A stretch of 62,795 nucleotides of DNA, filler included, from Collodictyon triciliatum (taxonomy: Eukaryota), in NCBI GenBank assembly GCA_043381765.1. It is 5 parts of 5 records of this genome, joined end to end, with 100 filler letters (N's around TTAATTAATTAA, not from the genome) between each part and the next. Parts side by side here need not be neighbours in the genome. Positions count along the whole stretch, not along the records: positions 37,749 to 50,213 come from JBHJMP010002161.1; positions 50,314 to 62,795 come from JBHJMP010002162.1; 3 more parts are not named here. One strand, given 5' to 3'. This document shows positions 37,842 through 56,768 of this stretch, in pieces. The notes beneath the pieces were generated by a model, which was given only the letters and a program-made list of their open reading frames with translations, was not told where the DNA came from and did not search any database. Within the stretch, counting starts at the first letter, position 1. Each line of letters starts with the position of its first letter. A program made the position numbers and the translations under genes.

Positions 37842-38459
37842 ATGTCGATGGCTGTTGAGGGACTGTCGAATACAGAAAATGCAGAGAGTTCAGAGAAGCC
37901 GGCTGCAGTGGGAATGTCGTCCACAGGCACATCTGTAAATGTAAGATTCGCGCAAACACGCACCTACAGTTCATCGCATTCCCCGCACCACAATGACCCA
38001 ATTATATGTCTCTACATTTATTGATATTATTCGTCCATTGAATCGAATTAAGTGAATTTTTTTTTTATTTTTGGCCCAGGAACAATATGACCAGCTTTTC
38101 CAAGACCCAGCGTTCATCAATTCCCTCATTGGGTCTGTCCCAGGGTCTGAAGAAGGCAGCGCTTCGGTAGCACTCCTTTTTATTCTTGCTTTCACTCTTT
38201 TACTTAATTTTTACCCATATATTTATTTGTCATCGCTCGTCGTCTGTGTAATAGTTTCTTACTTCTCTGTCTGTTTTGAGATGAGAGTTGTGCACTAATG
38301 CTTTTCCTAACAAAATACGAATCAGAAACCAGGCGAGCCTGAAAAGAAAAAGGAAGAACAGGTAACCATGTGATTTCACAATACCAGCACATGCATGTGA
38401 CTGAAGCCTACGTTTCTTTTTTTTTTTCTTAGAAAAAAAGTAACCCGAGTGTGAAATGA
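37842..38459 (+). CDS. RPN10: 26S proteasome subunit RPN10/PSMD4, 3' end only
   Basis: Exon starting MSMAVE (UIM tail), then QLFQDPAFINSLIGSVPG (resembles the PSMD4 C-terminal QDPEFLQSVLENLPG) and a K/E-rich tail. Confidence 0.7.
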
Positions 38460-39003
38460 CTTTGGACTTTTAATTCATCACTCAAATAACATACTTTTTT
38501 TCCTTCACCTTCATATATTATTCTTTGCATTCCACATCTTGACAACACGATTGAGCAGGAGGAAGAAAAACCGGCAGACAAATAAAATGAACACATCACG
38601 AACCACCAAACAGAACTCTGCTAAACCACTAAACTAATGCAAAGTGATACAAAATGAAATATCTCGTTTAAGCAAAATCACACCACGCGATAGGTCTCTG
38701 CAGAGGGGCGCACAGCCCTGTCAAGAAATAAAATAATTAAATTCCACAATTGTTGATTGGTGGAGCCATGCGAAGATTCCAGAAGATTCCGCTTATTACA
38801 CCTGCCAAATGTGGCAAAGGTTGAAAAATATCAGATTGCCGATCAATTCTGCAGTTCTTTCCGCGCTGGGGCTCCAAAGTCTGGCGAGAGCAGCGGACTG
38901 TGTTGCATCTGCCTCCAAGGCTGCCGGGTTGTGGCACACGAAAGGGTGATCCTCTCAAACAGAAAGTACTCCACATATGAAGCCAACTAACAAAGGAATG
39001 TTC

Positions 39004-39226
39004 AAAACACAACAAAACAAAACAAAACAAAACAAAACAAAACAAAACACAACACAACAAAACACTATAAAACAAAACACAACAAAACACTATAAAACAA
39101 AACACAACAAAACACTATAAAACAAAACACTATAAAACAAAACACAACAAAACACAACAAAACAAAACACAACAAAACAAAACAAAACAAAACAAAACAA
39201 AACAAAACAAAACAAAACAAAACAAA
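39004..39226. repeat. (AAAAC)n compound repeat upstream of PDI
   Basis: Direct reading. Confidence 0.9.
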
Positions 39227-39593
39227 CCTTTATAATTCTTTCGGACCTTACATGAATCGTTCAAATTTTGTTTCTTTTTATAAGACTGCACACTACAAAA
39301 GCGACTCTTTCACTTTCCACCAAACCACACCAAGAAACTGACTTTTCCCTTTACTTTCTCGTGTCTCTGCAAACGAGCCATTCACACACCTTAAACCCAC
39401 GGAGTTTTATATATTATGGAGAGAAGTTTAATTTCGGTGAAAATATATATATATATAAACATATGTCGTTCTCAACGCTTTCTCAAACTTTTATTTTTTT
39501 TTCACATTTCTAGGGCGAAAGAATCGCTAGGAAACGACATAACCGCTCTTCCTCGAGATCCACTATAAGATCCACCCGAGAGAATCAAGCAGA

Positions 39594-44544
<4,951 letters not shown>

Positions 44545-45820
44545 ATCTTCTCTTACGTTTTCTTCTTCATTCGTTGCTCTGTCTTTTTGTCATTTACTTT
44601 ATTTTTTTTTTTTTTGGCATATACCCGGATTCGGGAATGGAAACCACAGACTCGTTGAAAGGTGGGCAATCGAGCAGCGAAGCCAGAAAGAAAAAAAGAA
44701 GTGATTCTGGGCGGTCGATTAGTGCGAGCATGACAAACTCCAACCAAGATTATGTTTATTGCATTGATTATTTAGTATGAATAATTTTGGCGTGGAGACT
44801 GTCTCAGAGAAAAACCAGCGACTCAAGCATATGATGGGCTTCTCCGTCAATGCAAACAATGTCGATAAGGAGCTTACGTAATCGGCCGAAGTCTAAAAGC
44901 ACCGATTCTCTATTTGATTGCGATGAAACTCTTGAGAGTAGCAGAATATCGCAGCGCCGGTGTTTGGTGTGAGGTGGTCGCACTGATCTTATGTAATAAC
45001 AACGCGATGAAACTAGGCTTTATCATATGGCTACCTACCTACAAAATGATAGACAAGATACAGGGTAGCCGCATTCTTCCTCCCATTTATCCAGTCTTTT
45101 CATAAGCAATTAAGTAGATATGCCCACCGCTTTTTTACTCTATCCCACCACGCAATAATCTACTGCACTCAGCCACAAGAAGCGCACCATTTTAATTTCC
45201 AGATTTGATCTACCGGACTACTCAAACACATAAATTCCAGATATATTTTTTCCTAGAAACCATCGGACCTTCCTATTCCGTCATCGTTGTTATTTACACA
45301 GAGCCTCCGGTTTATTTATTCCTGTCCTTCAATTGCGAATGACTTATTTTGGGTGGTGCATCGGGTGTGAAGGCGCGTGCCGGTTGCTATTCGGATCAAA
45401 TGACACTATCAAAAAGCCCAAATACTTTACGCGGCAAGCCGAAACTCAAGTAATTACTACAATGGCGATTTAATCAGGCCGGGCTGATGACCAAAGAATA
45501 ATCCATAAGTCATATGAATACTCAGCAGTCATTCCACAACCCAAATATCAACCAGAATCAAAGGAAGCCTTCTTTTTTCTTTTTAAAGACCAACCCTTTT
45601 CAATTCAGTGCGCCATCCCAATCTATTATACACTTTTACTTTATGTTGAGTCAGTACTTAGTGCCCCATTCCCTCCTGGATGCTTCTTTTGATCACATGT
45701 TTGGGTAATTAGACAAATGTTCTCTCAAACAGCAGACCGAACTCAACCATTAATGTTTTCTTTGGCTTAATTATTATGTTTTTTTTTTTTTACCACTAAA
45801 TATAGTTTAGAACCGACAAT

Positions 45821-48800
45821 ATGCGTTGTTTGTTTACAAATCGCTTTCTGAGTGCGACCTTTATTGTGATTGCACTCGCACTCTGTACCGCGTTTGCTTC
45901 CGCATTCACTGAGGACGACGTCTGGAGCGAAGTTCGCCGTAAGCTAGACAGCTATACACCGCTTCCAAACATCGCACTCATCATTGGGGACGACCGTGGC
46001 GAAATCTTCGTCCATGAGAAAGGTACTGACTTGATCGGCATAAGATTATTGTCTAATTTACAGGTTTAGATGATTCTCATTTTACAGAGACAAAGACTAA
46101 CAATGTTAAAAACAGGCTGGTACACCCGGGACACAGCGACACGCCTGTGGAGCGCAAGCAAATGGGTTTCTGGAATGGCCATCATGCGCCTTGTGGAGCG
46201 CGGGGTTATGAGTCTGGACGACAAGCCTAGCAAGTACATCGACTACTGGACTACGGACCCAAGTGACTGGCGTTCTGCAATTACCTTGAAACACTTGCTG
46301 ACATTTACGTCGGGCTATGGGCAACCAAATGCAGATTGCCTGATAGTATGTTTATTGCATCATTTCATTAAAGTTACATGCTTTCTTAGATACCGAACTA
46401 TGTAAAATTTCGCACACAAACGGCTGGCTAATATGTCGTCTGATTGGTGGTTTACTAGAGCACAGAGGTCAGTCTTGCTGATTGCGTCCGCGAGTTCTAC
46501 GAGGGTGGCTTTGTGCCTGTAGGTTATCCTGGAGCTAAGTTTGAGTACTCAGAGCACCACTTGCTGATAGCTGGACAGATGGCTGTCATTGCGTCGGGCA
46601 GGGATTCTTACCAACAACTCATCGAGCAAGAAATTGTAATTCCAAACAACGTAGGCCAGCCATTCAGGTACTGGAATGAAGCAGGAGGAAGACCAGGAGC
46701 TGGTCTCTTCACAACACCAACGTGGTATGCCCGAGTCCTTGGAGCGTATGTTTCCGGTCGAGTACTCAAACCCGAAACTATCTCCTTGATGGAAACTGAC
46801 TATACTCCATACCCTATGATTTATGATGTATGGGGTCCGGAATATAGACAATGGCATTATGGATTAGCACACTGGATTATATGCGAGTCAGTAAACTTGA
46901 CTATCCCATGCTCTTCAAAGGGCCTGCAGACTAGTCTTGGGGCTCAAGGCTATCTCCCTATAGTGGACAGAGAGCTCAACTTCTGGGCAATCTTTGCAAA
47001 CATGGGCGATTTCGATAACAACGATGCATACAACTTTTACATCGGGACTCGCACCGCTATTCGCAAAGCTGTTGAGATATCGAGAGAAGTAGATAGTCCT
47101 CCTGAACCAAGGGAAGAGAACAAAGTCAATAGCAGACTCCAAAGGTTGGGTGGTTCTGTCGTGGCCATCATGAAGAACGTATGTCTTTTGCTACCAGATA
47201 CCCACTCATTCTTCTCATATTAACAAATTTACACAAAGTAAAGAAATAATAAGACGGACATATACTTTTTTCTATTGAAAATGATATTCTTAAATTCCAA
47301 AAAATTTAATTAAATGAAATGAAATCAACTAAACTAAACAAAACTATAATAAATGCAGCTGGTTCGACAAGCGGGTGGGTCATATGTGCCAGGCTACCAA
47401 GGTAAATTCAGAGACTTGGGTATTTGCAACGACCAGCCCTATCGCGAGCAGGTATTTTATTCAACAAAAAAAAATAAAAATAAATTTAAAGTGAGCTCTC
47501 ATTTTCCCACTTCTGCAAGTATTAACCCAGTAAATTTGTCATAGCCAATCGCCTCTACTTGCTCTGGATTTCTTGTGTCACCAAGCCAGATTGCCACATC
47601 TAGTGGATGGTTTGTCTTCCGTATTTTTAGAGGCTTACTTCTTTCTTTCTTTCTTTTTTTTAATATATCGCTTGCAATATTGAACTCATCATATCATTTT
47701 TTAATAAAAGAAGCAATGTCTAACGAAGATGATATTCTTGCGCTTCAAAATGCAGCATTAAAGATATCAACGAGTGTCGTAGCTCATTCTTTGTCTTTGA
47801 TTATGCCTTGGACGAAAGAGGATTTACTCGTACAAACTTTAAATCTGACCAGGTTCGTGGGGCCATTACACGAAGCAGAATGGCACTGAGCAGAAAATAC
47901 TACATAATTCATCAAGCAGATATAGGGAACTAATAAAAAAGGGTAATTAAAAATAATCTAGGTATATACCTGCCTTGCTTACACTACCGACGCTAGAGGA
48001 AATGTGATTGTGACTCTGGACAAACAAGTTCTAAGCCGAAAGCCCTTGAAGATATCCGCCACTAAGGTAATGGGGTTGAAAGAATGTTCCACATAGACAA
48101 TTTTTGCTTTGCTGCACTCTCCTGATAAAATCTTAACTATTCCCTGTATGCTTCCGCGTTGATTTCTTACACAAGAATATATTTTACAGATTCAAACGGG
48201 TGAATCAGTTATTGTGATTGGTCATCCAAACGGTTTGCCAAGGAAGTATGTGGAGAGGGGAAGCGCCCGCGCAAGTGAACAAAAGGCTTTTGGGTCATTC
48301 TATATCACTGTAATTTCTCAGTCGTATGGTGTTATTTGTAATGTTTTCTCTTGTTCCTTTTTTTCCCCTCTTCAATCACACGTTTAAATAATTGTTGTGC
48401 AGTGTACAGACTGATGGTGTATTAAATCGAAACGGTTCCTCTCTTGCTCGCTTACTATGAATAGGATACCAACGCCTTCGGAGATTTCACGGGCTCACCA
48501 ATCATTCGAAAGAGCGATGACACTGTTGTAGGGATTTTCAAGACAAAGTCCACCGGCCTCGTTGTAGACTTGGACAAGAAGTGTCTGGTTCTCCAGAGAT
48601 GCAAGTCACACTTTGGTAATGATGACTGTGCAAGCAACACAGCTTCAGATGCCACATCGATTTCAGCCTACTTGAATATTCCTTGCAAGAGTAACTCCGA
48701 CTGCAGCTACAGTGGTTCATGCAGCGCGGGAAAATGCGTCTGCTCCGAAGGATTCTTTGTAAGGAATTAAAGAAAGACAACACATAATCAGTGGTGCTTT

Positions 48801-50213
48801 TCAGAATTTCACTTATCCTTTTAGAAAAGACAAGAGAAGTTATCATTCACCATTGTGATTGATATTTATGTAGGGACGTGATTGCTCTTATGCCAAAGGA
48901 TTTGAATTCTGCAACAACCGCGGTATCTTTGAGGCCTTTGACCGATGTGCTTGCAATAATGGCTATGGCGGAAAATATTGTGAAAAGGAGATGACACCGC
49001 CCCGTAAGTCAAACCACCCTGCTTCCGTTTCATTCTTTTCCATCGTTCTTATTTCATAGCACACCTCAATTTGTGTCATAAACGATATGATTTTGCACAC
49101 TTGCAACACATAACCCTTTCTATTTTTCTATTTATCAATCCTTCTCATCGCATATTCAAAAAATACACAAATAATTAATAAATAAAAATAACACGATTCA
49201 ACAACAGCGAGTGTTGCACCTGCACCGCAGAACACGTACTCCTTTGGTTTTGGGTACTCTATCTCTGCAGATGGGCCGGTTGTCGCTGTTGGGCAGCCAT
49301 TCTGCATACCAGGGTTGGCGTGTGACGGCGGCATTGTATCCATCTTGTTCGACATTGGAGGCACACTCATCCCGATAGGCCAGATATCAAACCCTGAGGA
49401 GACGGCGGATGCCCAGTGCGGACAGAAAGTTGTTGTCAGAGGTGACTATGCTTTCGTGTCATGTGCAGCAAGCACCATCGGAAGTACAAGCTCGGCAGCC
49501 ATCCACATCTACCAGTGGGTTGACAACTCCTTCCACTATACAAAGACTGTGCTTCCTCCGACTTGGGACACCATCGCGCCAGTTGACGGTCTCTTTGGCG
49601 CCTCCCTGGATGTGTTGATGTATTTTATGCTGGTTGGTGCACCGCATGCAAAGAATGATGACGGCCTCGAGACCGGTGCCGCCTACTTTTACCTGATGAA
49701 CCCAGGTTCTGATTCGGGATGGGAATTGTACCCTTTTAAAATCGCGCCAGCGGACGGCCAAGCAGGAGACAACTTTGGGGTGAGCGTGGCCATCAGCATG
49801 CATCCGTACTATGTGGAGCAGCTTGGCCAAGACAACCCTCCGCATGGTGATATCAGCTCTTCATACATCAGCTTGTCTGAGCAGCACGCTGCTGTGTCCA
49901 ACAAGCCCGAATCGCGAGCGTCAAGTGTCTACGTGTATGCGTTCGACCCGAGCGGATTCCGCCTCAAGGGCATCGTGACCGGGTCAGAGTTTGGGTCGGG
50001 CTTGTTTGCATCGTCCTTTTCCCTGACTCCGACGTCGCTCATTGTCGGGGACATGGGATACAGCTACGCAGGCATCCAGAGCGGAGCGGTCTTTGTCTTT
50101 GACATCCGAGGATACTCTGAAATCACGCTTGCACAAACACTCACGCCTACATCAGCGCATGACGGACAACTCTTTGGGTATCGCATGGCCGCCTACGAAG
50201 ATGTCCTTGTTGT
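45821..50213 (+). CDS. Secreted fusion: serine beta-lactamase/PBP-like, inactive trypsin-like, 2 EGF, FG-GAP repeats (3'-truncated)
   Basis: Signal peptide; SASK (SxxK), LKHLLTFTSG, FEYS. Trypsin-like CSGFLVSP, IGHPNGLP, FTGSP. EGF cysteine patterns at 48684-48985. FG-GAP repeats LFGASLD...LVGAP and DGQAGDNFGVSVAIS. All junctions are in-phase GT-AG. Confidence 0.8.
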
Positions 50214-50313
50214 NNNNNNNNNNNNNNNNNNNNNNNNNNNNNNNNNNNNNNNNNNNNTTAATTAATTAANNNNNNNNNNNNNNNNNNNNNNNNNNNNNNN
50301 NNNNNNNNNNNNN
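50214..50313. other. Artificial contig linker
   Basis: N44-TTAATTAATTAA-N44. Confidence 0.97.
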
Positions 50314-50411
50314 GCCATTCACTACCCGTCCATTGATAACCAAGAAAGATGATTTTGGACTATTTTAAAATCTCATCATACTGTGGTCTATTCCGCTCAT
50401 CGTATTGACAT

Positions 50412-50519
<108 letters not shown>

Positions 50520-50535
50520 CTTGTTGTGGGAACAG

Positions 50536-53160
50536 AATATGCATTTTCTGATGCTGACCAACACCTGCAAACTTGGTTTCCTATTTTGACTGGGCTTTCT
50601 AGAATTGTCAGTCAACAAAATATGAAAGTCCGGAAGCAGTAAGAAATCAATCTCAAGCTTTTTTTTTGTTCCAATATGTAAATAAATAATTAAGATAAAT
50701 AAACATAAAAATCTGTGGAATAATTTTTGTCTCACTCAGAAACATATCAGGGCCTAATTTTTTAATTGACATATCGCGTAGGGCTCTGATGGTTTTGATC
50801 GATATGTTATTGTCATACGGCTCTATGTTTTCTCCAAGGTTGTGGGAATTGATATTTAGAGGAGTATTATTCCCCATTTTCGATGATATACGCCATGTCG
50901 GGCGTCACGAGGTTAGTTTGTGTTAGTCTTACGTTGCCAAATATTGAAGTTTGGTGTTTAAATCAAATATATCCAGTCGCCGCTCTTTTTCCTAAAGTTG
51001 CAATTCTTTTTTTAGGACTTGGAGTGGATGGAAACTACTTGTGTGGACGCTTTGGCCGGGCTGACAGATTTATTCTCTGTTCACTTCAAAATATTGAACT
51101 TTATCTTGAGGGATGTCCTTGACCTTTTCCAAGCGTGTATCATTCAGCGTTAGTTTAAGATAATATACATTAATAATGACTTCTTTTGAAGTATCCGATT
51201 CCCTTTATCTTTTCATACAATCTTCGCCCCTCGAATAATCAAAAAAAAAAAAAACTAATATTGAGATGTAATTTCTTTTTATACATATAATTTTATTCTG
51301 TAGCCGAGTCAGAGCAGCTTACAAAAATGGGTGTTACATGTTTCCATAAGCTTATTTTGTATACGATGCAACATGTAATTCTCTTGTTTTTGGATGAGAC
51401 CACACGACTCCTTCCCTATTATGATATTGTATTTTTCTTTCAGATAAAATGTATTTTATTTTCTCACTATTTACTCAATAATTTGATCACAGTATGACGA
51501 AGAAATGTGGAGCACCATCACGGGATGTTTGCACCTCTTGTTTACAAACGCACTGCCCTTCGAATTGATGAGTAACATGGACGAAGGAGTCAGAAAGCAT
51601 GCACTATCAAATGAGCAATCCCCGACGCTTGACAACAGGAGAGCCTCTCGTGAAATAATCGATCTCATCCCCCACCTTGCAATCCCAAAGTCCCAAAGAA
51701 ACTCGTCAAATACAACGGCCAACAAACCTCCAAACTCTCCCTCATCTCTCTCGAAATTCGACCGATTTCCTTTGCTCTATTCCTCGCCTTCACCAGATTC
51801 CCCACAGATTAGCCCACTTTTCATCGTTCGATCCAAATGCGTCATTCAACTTTTGTTGATTCAAATGACCTCTGATATTTTGACCAATTTGTACTCTGAC
51901 TTACCAACAAGTGCTTTAATGGCCTTGGCGTCATCTGTCTACGAATCATACAAGGTACTTTATATCTTTCTAGAAAAATATTTCCTTTTCAATCGCATGC
52001 ATGCCTTACTTTATTCTTTCTATGCTCTAATTCACCCTCATCGCCACGTCAATTCACAATCGTGTAGTTTGCTGCCGGGTTCAATTCGAATTCTTTACTT
52101 CGTTTATCGTTACAAAAATCTCGTAGGTATTTTAAATACCAATCAATGTTTTCTTAAGTATTGAGAAATCGATAATTGTATATATTTCTCCCCTTTATTT
52201 ACATGTGTGGACAGAGTGTCTCTGAGTACACACCAAATAAATGACATACTAGATTGTTTTTTCTCTTACTTTTCATTCGTCCGTTGGGCTAATTGAGTTT
52301 TATTTTTTTTCTGTATTTTCTGGTTAAAAATGTATAAATTCATTCATAGAATTCATGGACCAGATTCCCAGTTTGTATCGACAGGAGCTCAGCGCAGTGA
52401 CATGCTGGCTCAAACTTTACTTCAAGCTGTACAATGACAAGGAACATGCCGACCGCAGTCGTGTAACCCAAACTGAAGTTCCGTTATTAAGGTGGGGTTG
52501 AGATGCAACTAGGTTTTTTTTTCCCTTTATTCGATTCAAAGTAATGCAGCTAGGTTTCATGTCTTTATCATAATACCCTGATTGAAATTCATAAAATACT
52601 ATTATTAATATAATCTTGCTGTTAAAAAAAACCATGAAACAGGAAGTGTCGCTTCATTATGAAATCATTCATCTGTAACCAGTATCCTAATCAAACGAGC
52701 ACAACCAACCCTGCATTATACGACTCCTCCGGATGGATACCCATTATTTGCACGATTTTGGACGAGATATGTCGCTTCTCAGCAGCGGATGTAAGATTCA
52801 TATACACACGAATCAATTATGTTGCCTTTTTCATCTCAAAAAAAAAAGAAGGAAAAGGAAAAGGAAAAGGACATGAGTCCGGATAGTGGAGTTCTTTTTC
52901 TGCTTTGATGTCTCCAGTCACAAATATCAACGCGCAAGAAATAGTAATTTACGATGCTCTTCTCTTGTACTTAGTTTGACAAGCACATCCCATACATGTA
53001 CCACACCATCGCCGACCTAGTCATCACAGACTCGATCGAAGTGCGGAAATCTCTGCGAGCTGTTTATCTCCGCTTGGGAGCGACCCATTTCGCACTCTCA
53101 GACACGCCCACCGCAGACTCAGATGCTGGTGCTGAACCCGATGCTGAACTCGATGCCTAG
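50536..53160 (+). CDS. BIG/Sec7 family large ARF-GEF, C-terminal HDS region (5'-truncated)
   Basis: WFPILTGLS, LWELIFRGVLFPIFD, EWMETTCVDAL, SEQLTKMGVTCF, KCVIQLLLIQ, EVRKSLRAVYLRLG. Confidence 0.85.
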
Positions 53161-53695
53161 GACATTTTTCCATCGACACCATCGTGAACAACAGCGTGCA
53201 AAAAAAAAATATAAAAAATCTAGATAAACAGCCCCAAAAATACCACAACAGCCCTTTCCTCTTGGTTGTAACCAGACGAAATAATATTTTCCGCGTTTGA
53301 ATTAATTCATTGAGTATTATGTGTGATGATATCGAGAAATCACACCCGCTTCATGATGCCTGTACTGGAATATTTGTAGTTTATTTTTCATTCGAGAATT
53401 CTGCGTCAACTACTTCGGATGATGCGCGCGATTTGTGTGTGACGCCGCAGGCTGATCTCCGTGGGAGTTTGTGTGCGTATGAGAGTCTTGTGAGGCAAAG
53501 AAGCCAGGACGACCCTTTTTTCAAATCTGTCAAGCCGATGGGATGGGAATTTGGCGAGTCAGGGCATATTTTTTATTTTTATTTTTATTTTTTTCTTTTT
53601 TTCTTTTTCTTTTTCTTTTTTTCTTTTTTTCTTTTTCTTTTTCTTTTTTTCTTGGGATAGCGAGTTCCTTCTCAACTCGACTCAACTTTGTAGAA

Positions 53696-55526
53696 ATGAT
53701 TTGTCCCGATTCCGAGGAGGATAGAATGATCTACACTCATATTTGGCTGGTGATCTTTCTGCTCCTGTTCTGCTGGTCTTCGCTTCTATTCTACCAAGCC
53801 AAAAAATCTGCCGGGACGAGCTCAGGCGGCAAACGAAAGTCTGTCACATGCTGGGACTTTATCGGCTCCTTTTCCACTCGCACCATTTCTTATACGATGA
53901 TTACTCTGCACACTGGAGGTATGGAAAACCGTGCTCGCTTCTGTAGCCTATTTACTTGTCAAAATCACAAAGCCCATATGTAAATTTTTATTGAATATGG
54001 TAGGTTTGACATCCCTTCTACCTTCTCCCTTCTTTTTTTTCTTTTTCTTTTCTTTTCTTTTCTTTTCTTTTCTTTTCTTTTCTTTTCTTTTCTTTTCTTT
54101 TCTTTTCTTTTCTTTTCTTTTCTTTTCTTTTCTTTTTTCTTTTTTCATTTTTCATTTTTCAAAAATATCAAAATTCAAATTACCTTGAATGCAAGATATT
54201 ATCTCAGTCCTATTTATCTTGTTCGCCAACTAACTACATCACAACAGTAAAATTTGTCGAGTTTATCTTTAGAGAGAGCGAATGGCCATACTCATTTGAC
54301 TCGGACAAGAAGGAGACAGACGATGGATTTGAACTGGCCCTGAAGCATTTGCTATTCCTTTTGCCGTTAGCCTTCTTGTTTACTACTTTCACTGCTCTCC
54401 TTACTTTTTGGTATGTTTGGGCAATTAAAGAAGGAATTAACGTAAAATAATTATGCCCTATTTACATTAAAAAAAAATCCAACTTTTATTTTAGGTTCCG
54501 AATTGCAAAAAATGTCACAGAAGGATTTTATACAACAGGCTCATTGCGCGTCTTTTTCCGCATCTTTGCGATTGCTAATATTACTGTCTATTTGGGTGTT
54601 ATAATCATGTCCATTATGGCCAACGACCTCGAATATATCAAATCTGTAAGGGATAGACTTAAGCTTCATCCAATGCACTTCTGTCCCACTGAACTGTTCA
54701 TCATAACCTCATCCCATTCAGATTCGGTCGGCCTCCAACTTCTTCATAGCCAGCTTCTACTTGATGATTATAATCGGATTTGTATTCTTCGCTGTAAAAC
54801 TATACTTCATTATCAAAACAATACCAAACCTGAGAACAAACTTCCATGTGCAGCTTGATGCATACAGAAAGACTTTAATCATGGTAAACTGTCATACTTT
54901 TTTTGAGTACTTTTCTTCTATTGTTATGTACAGAGGATGCATTAAAAACAATGATATTTTTCATATAGACTGATGAATTTCTTTACACAGTTCTCCTTCA
55001 TGGCTGCTGTGACGGCATTTCTCCTTCTGGTCTATTCTGCAATCTTGATTTATGATGCTACAAAGATGATGGAGAGCAGCTCAGACGAACGTGCAGATTA
55101 CCCTTTTGACCCCTGCATTTTGTAAGAGTGTAACACAATTTTTCACACAAATCAAATAGAAAATATAATAAGCCATAAAATTAAGACAACCATTGATTAA
55201 TGAATATTTTAATGAGTCATATATTTTCCTATTTGTACATTAGATTGTTTTTTTTTTTGTTTTTTTTGTTTTTTTTTTTTTTTTGTTTTTTTTGTTTTTG
55301 TTTTTTGTTTTTTGTTTTTTGTTTTTTTTTTTTGTTTTTTGTTTTTTGATTTTTGTTTTTGATTTTTGTTTTTGATTTTTGTTTTTGATTTTTGTTTTTG
55401 ATTTTTGTTTTGATTTTGTTTTTTTTTTGATTTTTGTTTTTTGTTTTTGATTTTTGATTTTTTTTTGATTTTTGATTTTTGATTTTTGTTTTTTGTTTTT
55501 TGTTTTTTTGATTTTTTTGTTCTTTT

Positions 55527-55575
<49 letters not shown>

Positions 55576-55910
55576 TTCTTTGTTCTTTGTTCTTTGTTCT
55601 TTGTTCTTTGTTCTTTGTTCTTTGTTCTTTGTTCTTTGTTTTTTTTTTTATTTTTGTTTTTTGGCGAACAAGCTGGCTGCTGACTCTATAACTTTTTATT
55701 GGGTGATATTGACGTCTTATTCTCACATTTTTTCTGTTTACGTCTTCATCAAGGTCGGCCTTTCGCATGGGTGAAACTCTCCCTCCACTTTTGCTGCTCT
55801 ATATATTGTACTCTTTTCCCATGACACAAGGCCAGACTCAGATGGTCCACAGACAAAGCGACCCCAGTAATTATGTTGCCCTTGGAGACAGTGGACGACC
55901 CAGTTTCTAA
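53696..55910 (+). CDS. Multipass membrane protein, TOM1/THH1/GPR137 (DUF1084)-like
   Basis: Five to six exons with about 7 hydrophobic segments; LPLAFLFTTFTALLTFW and GETLPPLLLLYIL motifs. Confidence 0.6.
55245..55662. repeat. Intronic T-rich compound repeat incl. (TTTGTTC)n and poly-T
   Basis: Direct reading. Confidence 0.9.
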
Positions 55911-56768
55911 CCAACTAATCCCCTCATCCTAAGATTTAATACTTCAACAAACACAGCCTACTTTGATATAGCCGAGAGGGAACACCAAGCAAACAATTCT
56001 TCATAAATTTACACTTTCAGAAATAGTACAAAAGAGATATTAGTTCAAAAATTCAATCATTAGTTTTTCGTTTTGCAACTTGCGCGTTCTGGGCATCGAT
56101 TAAAACTCATCTCGTATGTGCGAAGCCAACGTCAAACTCTGCAAATATGCTTTGCTTGCTTTCCAGCATACATGAATGCCTCTGAAATACCCAGGTCAAT
56201 AAAAATGCCCATGCCGACAAACTCAGCCACGCAACAATCTGTACACACACCTACCTCCTCATCCGCCTATGCAGACTCGAAGCCTATTCCACATTAATGC
56301 TTTGAAAGCTGCATGAACACTATTTGCACCCCATTCTCATTCTCGGCTGCTGCCCAACACGATGGAAATCTGGATGTGATGACTGATGACTCTTCGGAAT
56401 TGGTGTATTTGCGCTCTCACACACAGCTGACGGAAAAGACCAACAATGTTTATTTTGTTTATATTATTTTTATTTTATATTTTTGTCACACATAGTGTCA
56501 AGGGTACAATCACCATCAGCTCCAGCCTCAGAGCATCAGATGTGCTTCGCCATGTTGCCTTGCGTGCGGTCAGCTTCAGATAATTGGAGAAGAGAGTAGT
56601 GTGGGCATGTGTAATCACTCGCTCGATGGTTCGGACTCGAATATCATAATACAGGAGATGCATATTTAGCAGGCAAACACACGACCATTCTTGCATGCCC
56701 AGACTGCTAATAGATGACTGCGCCTGACTATCACTTTTTTCTTTTCTTTTTTCCATATGAGAAAGAGA

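Noticed and set aside
44915-44990. C/D-box snoRNA-like motifs in the intergenic region
   Set aside because: Imperfect C box and no identifiable rRNA guide; such short motifs arise by chance.
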